Assembly: GCA_024281375.1 (NCBI GenBank)
Contig: JAJSAD010000096.1
Coordinates: 32,867-96,866 of the forward strand
Reading direction: 5' to 3'
Length of the DNA stretch: 64,000 nt
Source: Alphaproteobacteria bacterium
GTDB lineage: Bacteria; Pseudomonadota; Alphaproteobacteria; Caedimonadales; UBA9215
Positions 19,901 through 28,789 of the stretch are shown one piece after another. The first letter of the stretch is position 1. Each line of letters opens with the position of its first letter. The notes beneath the pieces were generated by a model, which was given only the letters and a program-made list of their open reading frames with translations, did no database searches and had not been told where the DNA came from. The position numbers and the translations under genes are program-made.

Positions 19901-20640
19901 TGGGTATCGTCCTTATAAAGTTCAAGGAGTTTAGTGCTGGCATTTTTAACATCAATTGCGCCCAGATACACTTGATAGTATACGGTCATGCCCTCAGGAA
20001 TTTTTTGTGTTTTTCCCCACGGGAGGCGCGTTCCTGTTAAAGAAGCAACTTTCTTGGGGTCATTGCAAATATCCGCTGGTTTTTTATAGGAATTTGGGGA
20101 AAGAACTTCCGTTGTAATCCACGAATCAAGAACGTCAGAAGGTTTATTATCAAGGGAACGGTCTTTTCTAAAGGAAGGTTTTTTCTTGAGTTTATTTTTA
20201 AGAACTTCATCCCAGTCAATAAGACTTTCTGAGAGTGAGGGGAGTTTCTGATTTATTTGTTTTGGGAGGATATTTGCTCGATGGGCAACATTATTCTCAT
20301 TTTGAGGATGCCGAATAAGTTTTTCAATATGAGCGTCACTAAGCCCAGTTACTTCTTTGATACTGTCAACGGATAGGTTTGTTACTGAGATGTTTTCTAG
20401 AATATCATTGGCATAATCTGCGCCTGATACAAGGTAGTCGGCAAAGCAAAGCAGGATTGTATCTTCGCTGGTTGTCGCCCCTTTTTTGTGCTGGCCATCG
20501 TGCACAAATTTCCAGGTGCCATCTGTCTTATAGATTGTTGCGGAGATTTTAGAATTGTAATGATTACCATTGGGGCGCACCTCCCATTTACTGGATATTT
20601 CTTCGATTTCTCTAAGAATGGCTAGCGATGCGTCTTTCAT
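16966..20640 (-). pseudogene. Upf1/DNA2-like superfamily-1 helicase (~1,223 sense codons) interrupted by one in-frame TAG at 18142-18144
   Basis: Track ORFs 18142-20640 and 16966-18003 share a frame, and the 46 codons between them have no stop. Walker A GPPGTGKTT is in the upstream piece. LLIDEAGQ, VGDPLQIPPV, TVHTFQGKEAEAV and VAVSRAKR are in the downstream piece. Confidence 0.8.
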
Positions 20641-20797
20641 TTAAATTCCCTGCAAAATAGATAAGCAATTGAATTATTAAATATTTAAGCCGATTTGTCT
20701 ATGGGGGAAAGTAAGTGTAGGCTTTTATGAGACCATATAAGAAGAAAATGATAAGTACCCCCTAAAGTGGAGGAGACCCGGAAACCGTTGGTAGGGG

Positions 20798-20848
20798 TGG
20801 TGCCGGTTGAGAGACTCGAACTCCCGACCTACTGATTACAAATCAGAG
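20798..20848 (-). pseudogene. orphan 3' half of tRNA-Thr (UGU): anticodon arm, T-arm, acceptor 3' strand and CCA
   Basis: The minus strand reads CTCTGATTTGTAATCAGTAGGTCGGGAGTTCGAGTCTCTCAACCGGCACCA. T-loop TTCGAGT and anticodon loop TT-TGT-AA are present. No matching 5' acceptor strand or D-arm lies upstream. Confidence 0.75.
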
Positions 20849-20898
20849 TGGACTGGAGTGGTTGATGTGGCCTGGGGGATTGGTATGAAAGGGATTGA

Positions 20899-20958
20899 GA
20901 AGTTTTGAGGATGGTGACGATGAGGCGTTATCACCATATTGTCGGCAATTGAGGAGGA
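20899..20958. repeat. direct repeat R (pairs with 16707-16765)
   Basis: GAAGTTTTGAGGATGGTGACGATGAGGCGTTATCACCATATTGTCGGCAATTGAGGAGG, with hairpin ATGGTGA..TCACCAT. It abuts the stop of the last glycan-operon gene. Confidence 0.65.
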
Positions 20959-21798
20959 TTATTTTTTCAATCTGATGGTTATCAAGCGAGAAATTTCTTT
21001 TATAAAGAAGGATGGGCTATAAAAGAGAACATAGAAAAAATAAAAATGACGAAGGGGGTTGTAGATATCTCTTGCCCTTAAATAAGCATAAAATTTCGCA
21101 GATTTCTTCCGTGTTTTTACAAAATGAGGGTAGTATTTTTTTTGTATCCCAATGCCCTTAGCAATGATTTCTGCTTCATGATTGTTTGATAAAGTATCTG
21201 AGTGAAAACGATATCGATACAATGCTTTTTCCAAGGGTTGAATAAGGGTCAAAGTGGCGATTCTTAACCAGTACTCGTAGTCCTCACATAAAAAATCATC
21301 TTCAGAGTAGGGACCTACTTCTTGAGCAACTGGTGCTCGGTATAAAAAACAGGCTCCGACGACATTCCTAAGAATGAGATCTTGTGCAGGGCCGGCCTGA
21401 ATTTCCCCCGTTTTTTGTCCTTGTTCGTCAATAAGTTCCATACTTGTATATGTAAGGCCAATAGAAGGATCATTATCCAAAATCTGGAGCATTTCGTCTA
21501 ATGCATGAGGGAGATAAGCATTGTCACAGGATGTCCAAGTCCAGTACTTACCAGAAGCCTGTGTAAAACCTTTGTTTAAAGCGCCGGGTATTTTAAGGTT
21601 TTTCTCATTTCGTATATAAGTAATACGGGTGTCTTGTGATGCATATTTCTGCGCAATAGAGGCGGTATTATCTGAGGAATAATCGTCTACGATAATGAGT
21701 TCAAAGTCTTTGAACGTTTGTCCTAGAACGGACTCAATGGATTCAGCTAAATAGGGTTCACCATTATAGACAGGAAGAACAATTGAGATTTTAGGCAT
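20959..21798 (-). CDS. family-2 glycosyltransferase
   Basis: ISIVLPVYNGEPYLAESIESVLGQTFKDFELIIVDDYSSDNT shows the GT-A fold. The internal ATG at 21798 avoids overlap with the upstream gene. Confidence 0.85.
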   Translation of the reverse strand: MPKISIVLPVYNGEPYLAESIESVLGQTFKDFELIIVDDYSSDNTASIAQKYASQDTRITYIRNEKNLKIPGALNKGFTQASGKYWTWTSCDNAYLPHALDEMLQILDNDPSIGLTYTSMELIDEQGQKTGEIQAGPAQDLILRNVVGACFLYRAPVAQEVGPYSEDDFLCEDYEYWLRIATLTLIQPLEKALYRYRFHSDTLSNNHEAEIIAKGIGIQKKYYPHFVKTRKKSAKFYAYLRARDIYNPLRHFYFFYVLFYSPSFFIKEISRLITIRLKK

Positions 21799-23287
21799 GG
21801 GTGGTTTTTTTTCCAATCCAGGCACAAATGGGCGGGCCATCCGTTGTAATTAACTCTTGTACTTCAACTGTAAGGTTACTTTTTTCCATGAGGCGTGCAA
21901 CATAGTCCGCATCAAACCATTGTTCCCAAGCTTCTAAACGAATATTTTTCTGACGTTTAGAGTCTTTATCAATGATTAGGACAGTCCCCCCGGCTTTGCA
22001 GACTCTAGCAAGTTCTTTAATAGCAGCTTCGATATTTACAGCGTGCTCTAAGACTTCACAGCAGAAAATAATGTTGTAAGTTTCATTTTCTAGGGGAATC
22101 TGACATATATTTCCAACTTTTTTTTGCGCTGATTCTGGAAGATAGTCAAATAGGGCATCAGATATATCCATACCAGTCATCGAGAGGTTTAGTCCGTCGT
22201 TAATAAGTGCATGCATAAAACGCCCTTTACCGCACCCGATATCGAGTAATGTTACATTTTTTGTAGGAATATTTTTTTCTGATCTAACAATATTAGCAAG
22301 GCATTTATAACGACCATCTGAGTTATCAATTGCTTTTAGGAAGCTTTCTGCCCGATTGGTTTCAGCAAACTCCAATTGTAATTTTAGGTGAATAGCATCC
22401 AGTAAATATTTAACGGGCCAACTTATTTCCGACGTTTTAAAATAAGAAACAAAGCAGCCAGATCCGCCTCGAAAACCACCAGAAGCACGTTGTTTTTTTA
22501 TAGCATAATCGAGGCAAAGATTTCCTTCTTCTAACATTCCTAACTTATAAAAACAAACAGCATACTGGAGCATTGCCGTTAGGCAAACCCACCTTACATT
22601 TGGAAAAGCAGGAATGGCTCCACTTCGACGTTGGTATTTTTGTATGGAGCGCAAAGCAGTCAAAGCGCGTTCTTTTTCTCCAAGGTCAATGAGTGCCTCC
22701 ACAACATAGGCATGAAAATGAGTGATGACTTTAAATTCTGTTAAATCACTTTGAGCAAGATAGTAGTTGAGCGCACGCTGAACACCGTCTAGATAATCTT
22801 GTCGGTTATATTTCTCGGCAGCTAGTTTTAAGGGCTCAATAGCATAAAGGTGGATATATTCATTACCAATGGCCGTAATTTTAGACATTGTGGGTGTGTG
22901 AATGCGACCGTCTGAATCAATTTGCGAGAGTAGCCAATCACAACCTTTGAGAAAGGATCCCTCATATTTTTCGCCAAAGGGAATCAACTCATAAAGACCT
23001 TTAAGAATTTGCCCTGTATCAAAAGTATAGATTGTTTCAAGTTCTAAGTCTTGCCAAGCTCCTTCAGGCGTTTGAATAGAAAGGAGCCAATCTCCATAAG
23101 AAAGCGCTCGTTCTTTTTCTCCCCATTTTAAAAGAGTTGGGATATAATAACCGGTTACTTCTGGATAGGGTTTCTGCAGCTCGGACCCATGAGCAATACC
23201 ACCGTCAATCGTATTATCTTTGATCCACGCTCGAGCCTTTTCAAAAGAATCTAAAATGTATGAGGGACTTTGTTTATTGAAAATCAT
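21791..23287 (-). CDS. two-domain protein: N-terminal alpha/alpha-toroid-like region fused to a class I SAM methyltransferase
   Basis: The C-terminus has LLDIGCGKGRF (motif I) and VLEHAVNIEAAIKELARVCKAGGTVLIIDK. The N-terminal ~300 aa (GYYIPTLLKWGE, EGAWQD, DSDGRI) resemble prenyltransferase/terpene-cyclase-type repeats, but only weakly. Confidence 0.55.
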   Translation of the reverse strand: MIFNKQSPSYILDSFEKARAWIKDNTIDGGIAHGSELQKPYPEVTGYYIPTLLKWGEKERALSYGDWLLSIQTPEGAWQDLELETIYTFDTGQILKGLYELIPFGEKYEGSFLKGCDWLLSQIDSDGRIHTPTMSKITAIGNEYIHLYAIEPLKLAAEKYNRQDYLDGVQRALNYYLAQSDLTEFKVITHFHAYVVEALIDLGEKERALTALRSIQKYQRRSGAIPAFPNVRWVCLTAMLQYAVCFYKLGMLEEGNLCLDYAIKKQRASGGFRGGSGCFVSYFKTSEISWPVKYLLDAIHLKLQLEFAETNRAESFLKAIDNSDGRYKCLANIVRSEKNIPTKNVTLLDIGCGKGRFMHALINDGLNLSMTGMDISDALFDYLPESAQKKVGNICQIPLENETYNIIFCCEVLEHAVNIEAAIKELARVCKAGGTVLIIDKDSKRQKNIRLEAWEQWFDADYVARLMEKSNLTVEVQELITTDGPPICAWIGKKTTHA

Positions 23288-23290
23288 TTT

Positions 23291-25147
23291 TTAGGCCTGC
23301 AACTTTCGTTTGATTTTTTCAGAGAGGGGCTTTACTTTTTTTGCGATTAAATGAATTCTGTTTTTAATTCTATTTTTTAGGAACTTTTGGTCATTCTTAT
23401 TTTCTATATATGTATTATGCGGCAGTTGTTTCAATCCATTCATTTTATTATAAAATTCAGGAAAGGTGCTTTTAAAGGAAGGGTCAATAAGGTCAAAAAT
23501 ACTAATGATGGAATGGTAGTCATTCCATTCTAAGGGGGCTTGGTTGTTCGGTTCTCCAAGTAAATACAATGTTGTTAAATCAGAGTCGACATAAGATTCT
23601 TTTTTTATAACCACTTCTCGGGTATCAATCATATACTCATAATCTATAATATAAACTTTGGAGTTTTGTGTAATCAAAATGTTGGATGGATCTAAATCGC
23701 GATGAATAAACCCACTTTCAGAGAAAGCTATTAGTAGACTTTCTAAGGATTTCAATAATTTTATTTTTTTTGTTTGATTAAGGGACCCCCAGATATCTTT
23801 AGATAAATACTCTCCTTCGATAAATTCTGTGATAAGAAACTGATAGCCATGTGCGGATGTAGCATAAGAATGAGGAGCGGGAAAAAGATCAGGGTGTTTC
23901 CCATTGAAAAAAGATAGTAACTCGAATTCTTTTTTGACTTTTTTAGAACCATTGAACAAAAATTTAATAAAAACTTTTTGACCCGTTTTTGTTTTTGCTA
24001 AAAAGAATTTCGCGCCTTTGTCAGCCTTCCATAAATCAACCTTGTAGGCAGTTAAGTCAGATAGTTGCAGGTAAGAAAGGTGGTCTTTTGCAAGATCATA
24101 GTAAATGTCTGTGGATTGACGTTCATAAAAGGAGTTGAAAGATTGGTAATTTTTATCATGTAGGAATTTTTTTGTTTTATCGAGGTAAACATCAAATATT
24201 TTAGGCTGACTATCGCCGTAAATTTCGGTGCTTAGTTCTTCTAGTATGCGATGGTATTTGGCCTTCACTGAAAGTTTAAGAAAGTATAATTGATAGACGA
24301 GAAGGAAAAATTGATCTTTTATAGCAGGGATAAATGTTCCAGATTTTCCTTTTATTTTTGTCTTTAAAATATTTAGGAGCCATTTTGCTGGGATATATTG
24401 GTAGCTATGCAGATGAAAAGGAATAGACTCTTTCTTAATAATAACATTAAACATATAAGTATTTAGAACAGCGTCAAATTCTTTTGTGGCATTTAAGATA
24501 TAGCTGGCTGCATGGAGAGATGACTCATCTACAAGTAGATCAATGTCACTTTCTCGGCCGAGGTCTTTGGGGTGGGTTTTGTAGTCCCTGAGCATCACAT
24601 AGGAAAGTGTTTCATTTAGAATATAAAAAACCTGTTCTCGAGATGCCCAAGGTTTTTCTCCAATAAGTTCTTGCTCTATAACACGGTAGTTGCCCTGAGA
24701 TGTTTTATCGGGATTATAAGTCAGAAGGTAGTCATCAACACTAATCCCCAAAAGCATTGCAAGGTTATGGCGAGATTCCACTGGTGTGACCGTGCTATGG
24801 ATTACAAAAGGATCACCTGCCCATGTTCTGTACCGTTCTTTGCTATTGAGCATATTTATATTGATATGTGAATACCCGCTAGATGTAAGGCATGTTTCAT
24901 ATTTTGGTGATAAATCTTTCACGAGTACAAGTAAAAATGGCGCATTCCCTCGACGTTTTAAGTCCATTCCATTGGCTCGAAAATCTAGGCCATAAAAACG
25001 ACACATGTTCTTATGAAATAAATCAGAAGACCATTTTATTTCAATGGTTTCTAAAAGTTGGAATCTGCTTTTTATATCAGCAAGGATTTTCTCTTCTTCA
25101 TGACGAGCATTTGACCAAATAATAAATAAATGAAACTCAGGGGACAT
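23291..25147 (-). CDS. three-part protein with a C-terminal protein-kinase-like (PKL) fold domain
   Basis: Catalytic-loop-like FIHRDLDPSNILI followed by YIIDYEY. The mid region has SDIDLLVDES (nucleotidyltransferase-like?). The N-terminal ~150 aa are unrecognised. Confidence 0.5.
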   Translation of the reverse strand: MSPEFHLFIIWSNARHEEEKILADIKSRFQLLETIEIKWSSDLFHKNMCRFYGLDFRANGMDLKRRGNAPFLLVLVKDLSPKYETCLTSSGYSHININMLNSKERYRTWAGDPFVIHSTVTPVESRHNLAMLLGISVDDYLLTYNPDKTSQGNYRVIEQELIGEKPWASREQVFYILNETLSYVMLRDYKTHPKDLGRESDIDLLVDESSLHAASYILNATKEFDAVLNTYMFNVIIKKESIPFHLHSYQYIPAKWLLNILKTKIKGKSGTFIPAIKDQFFLLVYQLYFLKLSVKAKYHRILEELSTEIYGDSQPKIFDVYLDKTKKFLHDKNYQSFNSFYERQSTDIYYDLAKDHLSYLQLSDLTAYKVDLWKADKGAKFFLAKTKTGQKVFIKFLFNGSKKVKKEFELLSFFNGKHPDLFPAPHSYATSAHGYQFLITEFIEGEYLSKDIWGSLNQTKKIKLLKSLESLLIAFSESGFIHRDLDPSNILITQNSKVYIIDYEYMIDTREVVIKKESYVDSDLTTLYLLGEPNNQAPLEWNDYHSIISIFDLIDPSFKSTFPEFYNKMNGLKQLPHNTYIENKNDQKFLKNRIKNRIHLIAKKVKPLSEKIKRKLQA

Positions 25148-27435
25148 TATTTAAGATCTCTTTGTGGCATTATTCGATTAGAATACATCGTATCGCCTAT
25201 AATTTGATAATTTATTAAAAATTCTCTATGCAGTTCATCTATATCTTTCTTTATTTCTTTATTATCAATGAGGTTTAGGTGTTTATCTTTTCTAAAATTA
25301 TATATTTCATAAACGTTATTAACATCAACACGTGCAATGTATGGGTCTAATACGAATACCAGATAGCCATCCCAGTTAGGTAAAATCATTCCCCTTTTTT
25401 TTGCTTTTTTAACAGGGGCATGTAAGTTTCTACCAAAAGAAGTATACTCACCACCAAAGTTTAAAATGTTTAATAGCGTTGGCCCGACATCAATTTGAAA
25501 AGCAGGTTGATCTACTTTTTGAGGGGATAGGATACCGGGGGCATGTATTAAAAAGGGGATATGGTAGTGATCGTAAAGCGATAGCTTGCGATCGATGGAG
25601 GTATGGTCAGAAATTAATACAAAAATCGTATTTTCATAGACAGGGTTCTTTTTAACTTTATCAAAAAATTCCCTCAAGGCAAAATCTGCATAACGGGTAC
25701 TATAATAAAACCTTTCTTCGGTTGTGAGTGGATGATCAGGTCTGTGTCCTCTAGGTATTGGGACATGAGGGTGAGAGCTTTCAGTATGGGTGACGATAAA
25801 AAATGGTTTTTCAGCAGAAATCATTTTCTTGTAAAGTTTGTCATAGCCATATTCGTCATGGACATACCAAACACCATGGATTCGTCCATCTGTTTTTTCA
25901 GCACCGGTATCTCCTAGGTTGATATCTGGGTCTAAATCATCGTAACTTAGAAAGTTATCAAACAGAGGTGATATGTTTTCAATTCCCGCAATCATAAAAG
26001 GTAAACTGTAAAAATCGACATTTGTTTTAAATCGATCCTTATTTATAGGAAATAATGATAAAAATAATTTTTGATAGCGTGTAAGGATATTGGCTGTCGA
26101 ATCCCAGGTTGTTGAAAATTCTGACGAGTAGCCACGTTTCTTCAAAATTTTTAAATAACTGGAGCTCAGAGAGTGTGTTATTAAGCCTGTGTTTTTAGCA
26201 CTAACAACTCCCCAAATTGGAAGAGAACTACTAATCGCTGACTCCCCCTCATATGATGCCTCTGAGTTTGCAAAACAATGTTCGCAATATAAACTGTCCT
26301 TTTTGAGTTCCTCAATAAACTTAAGAGGGGTCTCCCTTCCTTTAAATGAGTCGCTTGTAGATTCCTCAAGTGTTTCAAGTACAATAACAACAACATTAGG
26401 CTTTTTAGATGTATCCCCTGCTTCTTTGAAACGAAAAGCAGGAAAGTCTTTAGATATAATTTTTTCATCCGAGGCCAAATTTTGTTGAATATAATTTTCA
26501 ATTTCTGTTTTTGATAAATTTAAATTTGGCCGAACAAAAAATGGAAGAAGGCGCTTCTCTTGACCAAAGCCCTTTATTCTCAGGTATTCAGAAAGAGAAT
26601 TAGATAAAAAATATTGAAGAGGGTTTTTGTTAAAGGAGTCTCTTTCGACTAAATCATTGTATTTTAAAGTGTATTTTCCATTTTCATATAAGTTGTTATT
26701 TTCTTTATAGTTTTGTATCCCAGAAGTTAAATGAAAAGTTATTATTAGAGCCGGTGGTAAAATAAAAATTGCTAAAACATTTTGGAATGTTTCTTTTTTA
26801 TAGGATATGTCTTGAGAGTGGAAAACACGATGATATAAAAAAGGGCTTATTAAGAAAAATATAACTAAGTATGCATAGTCATAAGATATATCTTTCATGT
26901 CTCTCAAATAAAGAAATTCTAAACCAACAGGCTTGTTGATGGCTGGGTACCACCCCCAGAGAAAGGCAATAAATGCAACAAATAATAGCGAAAGGGTTGT
27001 GTAAATTCTTATATCAGAGAGTTTTTTCCCCTTAATATTAAAAAAAGATGAAATAAGAAATGCTGTTTGTATCATTACTAATATTGGGAAGGCAAATCGT
27101 AAGGAGGAAAAATCATTTAATAAAAATGTGAAACTATTAAATGGGACGTTATATATAAGGATGGTGTATATCCGAAAACACATCGAAAACGTTAAATACG
27201 TTAATAAAAAGAAAATCATTCCTTTTAGATGTATATTATTACCCGTAGTCGGCCTATCTTTTCGGTCCCTGATAAAGTTTGCGATCATAATGATTACGTT
27301 GAAAGCTAATATATACACGAGTAGATTCATGCTTTGAGTTTTTATCACAGAGAAAGATAAATATACAGCCGTAAGAATTACAGCTATATAGGCTACTGTT
27401 TTTGAAAATTTATTTTGTAGAAATTTTATAAACAT
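25147..27435 (-). CDS. polytopic membrane protein with C-terminal LtaS/sulfatase-type (alkaline-phosphatase superfamily) transferase domain
   Basis: About 10 hydrophobic segments, then PNVVVIVLETLEEST, HTESSHPHVPIP and FVLISDHTS. The start is uncertain (ATG 27435, ATG 27483 or TTG 27498). Confidence 0.65.
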   Translation of the reverse strand: MFIKFLQNKFSKTVAYIAVILTAVYLSFSVIKTQSMNLLVYILAFNVIIMIANFIRDRKDRPTTGNNIHLKGMIFFLLTYLTFSMCFRIYTILIYNVPFNSFTFLLNDFSSLRFAFPILVMIQTAFLISSFFNIKGKKLSDIRIYTTLSLLFVAFIAFLWGWYPAINKPVGLEFLYLRDMKDISYDYAYLVIFFLISPFLYHRVFHSQDISYKKETFQNVLAIFILPPALIITFHLTSGIQNYKENNNLYENGKYTLKYNDLVERDSFNKNPLQYFLSNSLSEYLRIKGFGQEKRLLPFFVRPNLNLSKTEIENYIQQNLASDEKIISKDFPAFRFKEAGDTSKKPNVVVIVLETLEESTSDSFKGRETPLKFIEELKKDSLYCEHCFANSEASYEGESAISSSLPIWGVVSAKNTGLITHSLSSSYLKILKKRGYSSEFSTTWDSTANILTRYQKLFLSLFPINKDRFKTNVDFYSLPFMIAGIENISPLFDNFLSYDDLDPDINLGDTGAEKTDGRIHGVWYVHDEYGYDKLYKKMISAEKPFFIVTHTESSHPHVPIPRGHRPDHPLTTEERFYYSTRYADFALREFFDKVKKNPVYENTIFVLISDHTSIDRKLSLYDHYHIPFLIHAPGILSPQKVDQPAFQIDVGPTLLNILNFGGEYTSFGRNLHAPVKKAKKRGMILPNWDGYLVFVLDPYIARVDVNNVYEIYNFRKDKHLNLIDNKEIKKDIDELHREFLINYQIIGDTMYSNRIMPQRDLK

Positions 27436-28765
27436 TTGGAAAAATTCTTTTGATTTTAATTTTAATTTTAAGAGGGTCAACATCCTCAAAAAGGGCAAGC
27501 TTTTTGGATAAGTCTTTTTTTGTAAAAGGAGTCAATGTTTCAGCTGTGGCTTGATCTACATTATAGTGAAGAGGTAAAAAACGTCGCCCCAGCAGTTTTA
27601 GTTTTTGGAATAAGGTTCGAGAATCTGTAAGTTTATATGACCCTTTGTTTTATAATAATGGCTTGGCGTCCTTAACAATAAAATCAACAAACTCTTTGGT
27701 GCTGGTGCCAATATTATGGAAATAATCTTTTAGTTTTTTGTGAGCTTGTTGGTCTATCTTAGACTGTGTTTTGCTATCCCATTTTTTATTCTTTAAAAGG
27801 TAGTCAATCATTTCTTTGGCTTCTTCCAAGGTTTGAGGAACCTCTCCAAATGCTAGAGCCCATTTGTGACTGCTATGGCTATTTCCCTTTTGAAGCGAAA
27901 GAACTGGAATACTGGTTAGGTAACCTTGCATAGCAGTGGTGCAATCTTTATGTAATATAATTTTTGCACCTGACATTGCTTGGTTTATATCCCCCTTTTT
28001 TGATATGGTAACATTGGGGTAATGTTTAAATATTTCATCGTATTTTTCTTGAATTTCTACAGGGTGAGGTCTAATAAGAAATTGTTCATTTGGGTAACTT
28101 ATTATGAGTTCTTCTAAAATACCTTTGAAATCAATAAAGTGTGTTTTTTCTTCCTGATAACTATCTTTAAAGAGTTTCAAAGTGGTCGGGCTGATAAGGG
28201 AACAAGCCTTCAATTGTTCCTTTAGGGAATACCCCATAAAGCAGCCAAAGTTAGTATTAACTAAGATATATGACTGCGGGAGTGTTTTAATCTTAAGGGC
28301 CTGATAAAATGATTTATATCGTGCCGTTGAAAGATCAAAAGCAGGCGTTCCCATTATTATATATTTATTTTCAAGCCCTGAATTAGGATTGCGTGAAATA
28401 AGATCTACTTTTTGATTGCTACCCCATAAAAAAATTTTGCGCATACAGTGTAATGATTTTATAGCTGGTTCATGGGTTATTGCATAGACAGGGTTAGTGG
28501 CACCCTCGTCTGAAAGGTCATATAGGTAGATCCCTTTTTGCATTAGATGTTTATAATATGCCGGGTCTGGGTTGACACCTTTTTCTAAAAAGACTCCTCT
28601 ATAATTTTTATATTTTAATTCATCACGGATATAAGGTGGATTTCCTAAAATAACATCAAAACCAGCCTTGCAGAAATGCCTTGCTAAATTAAGTTTATAA
28701 TCAAGCTCACGTTTTGGAGACTCAATGGGAAGGAAGAGGGTAGGTTTTTCTAAACTTAAAGCCAT
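27410..28765 (-). pseudogene. surface-carbohydrate-biosynthesis-type protein; 371-aa ORF followed, after an in-frame TAA (27650-27652), by 79 further open codons
   Basis: The same frame stays open from 27649 to the TAA at 27410-27412 (NKGSYKLTDSRTLFQKLKLLGRRFLPLHYNVDQATAETLTPF...). This fills the only ~150-bp gap in an otherwise abutting operon. The family call is from memory of similar proteins in nonulosonic-acid loci. Confidence 0.45.
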
Positions 28766-28789
28766 TATAGATAATTAGTTAACTCAGTA

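Noticed and set aside
20849-20880. A complete tRNA-Thr gene
   Set aside because: The sequence upstream of the anticodon arm (CCAGGCCACATCAACCACTCCAGTCCAC on the tRNA strand) has no D-arm and cannot pair with the acceptor 3' strand AACCGGC. Only the 3' half is present.
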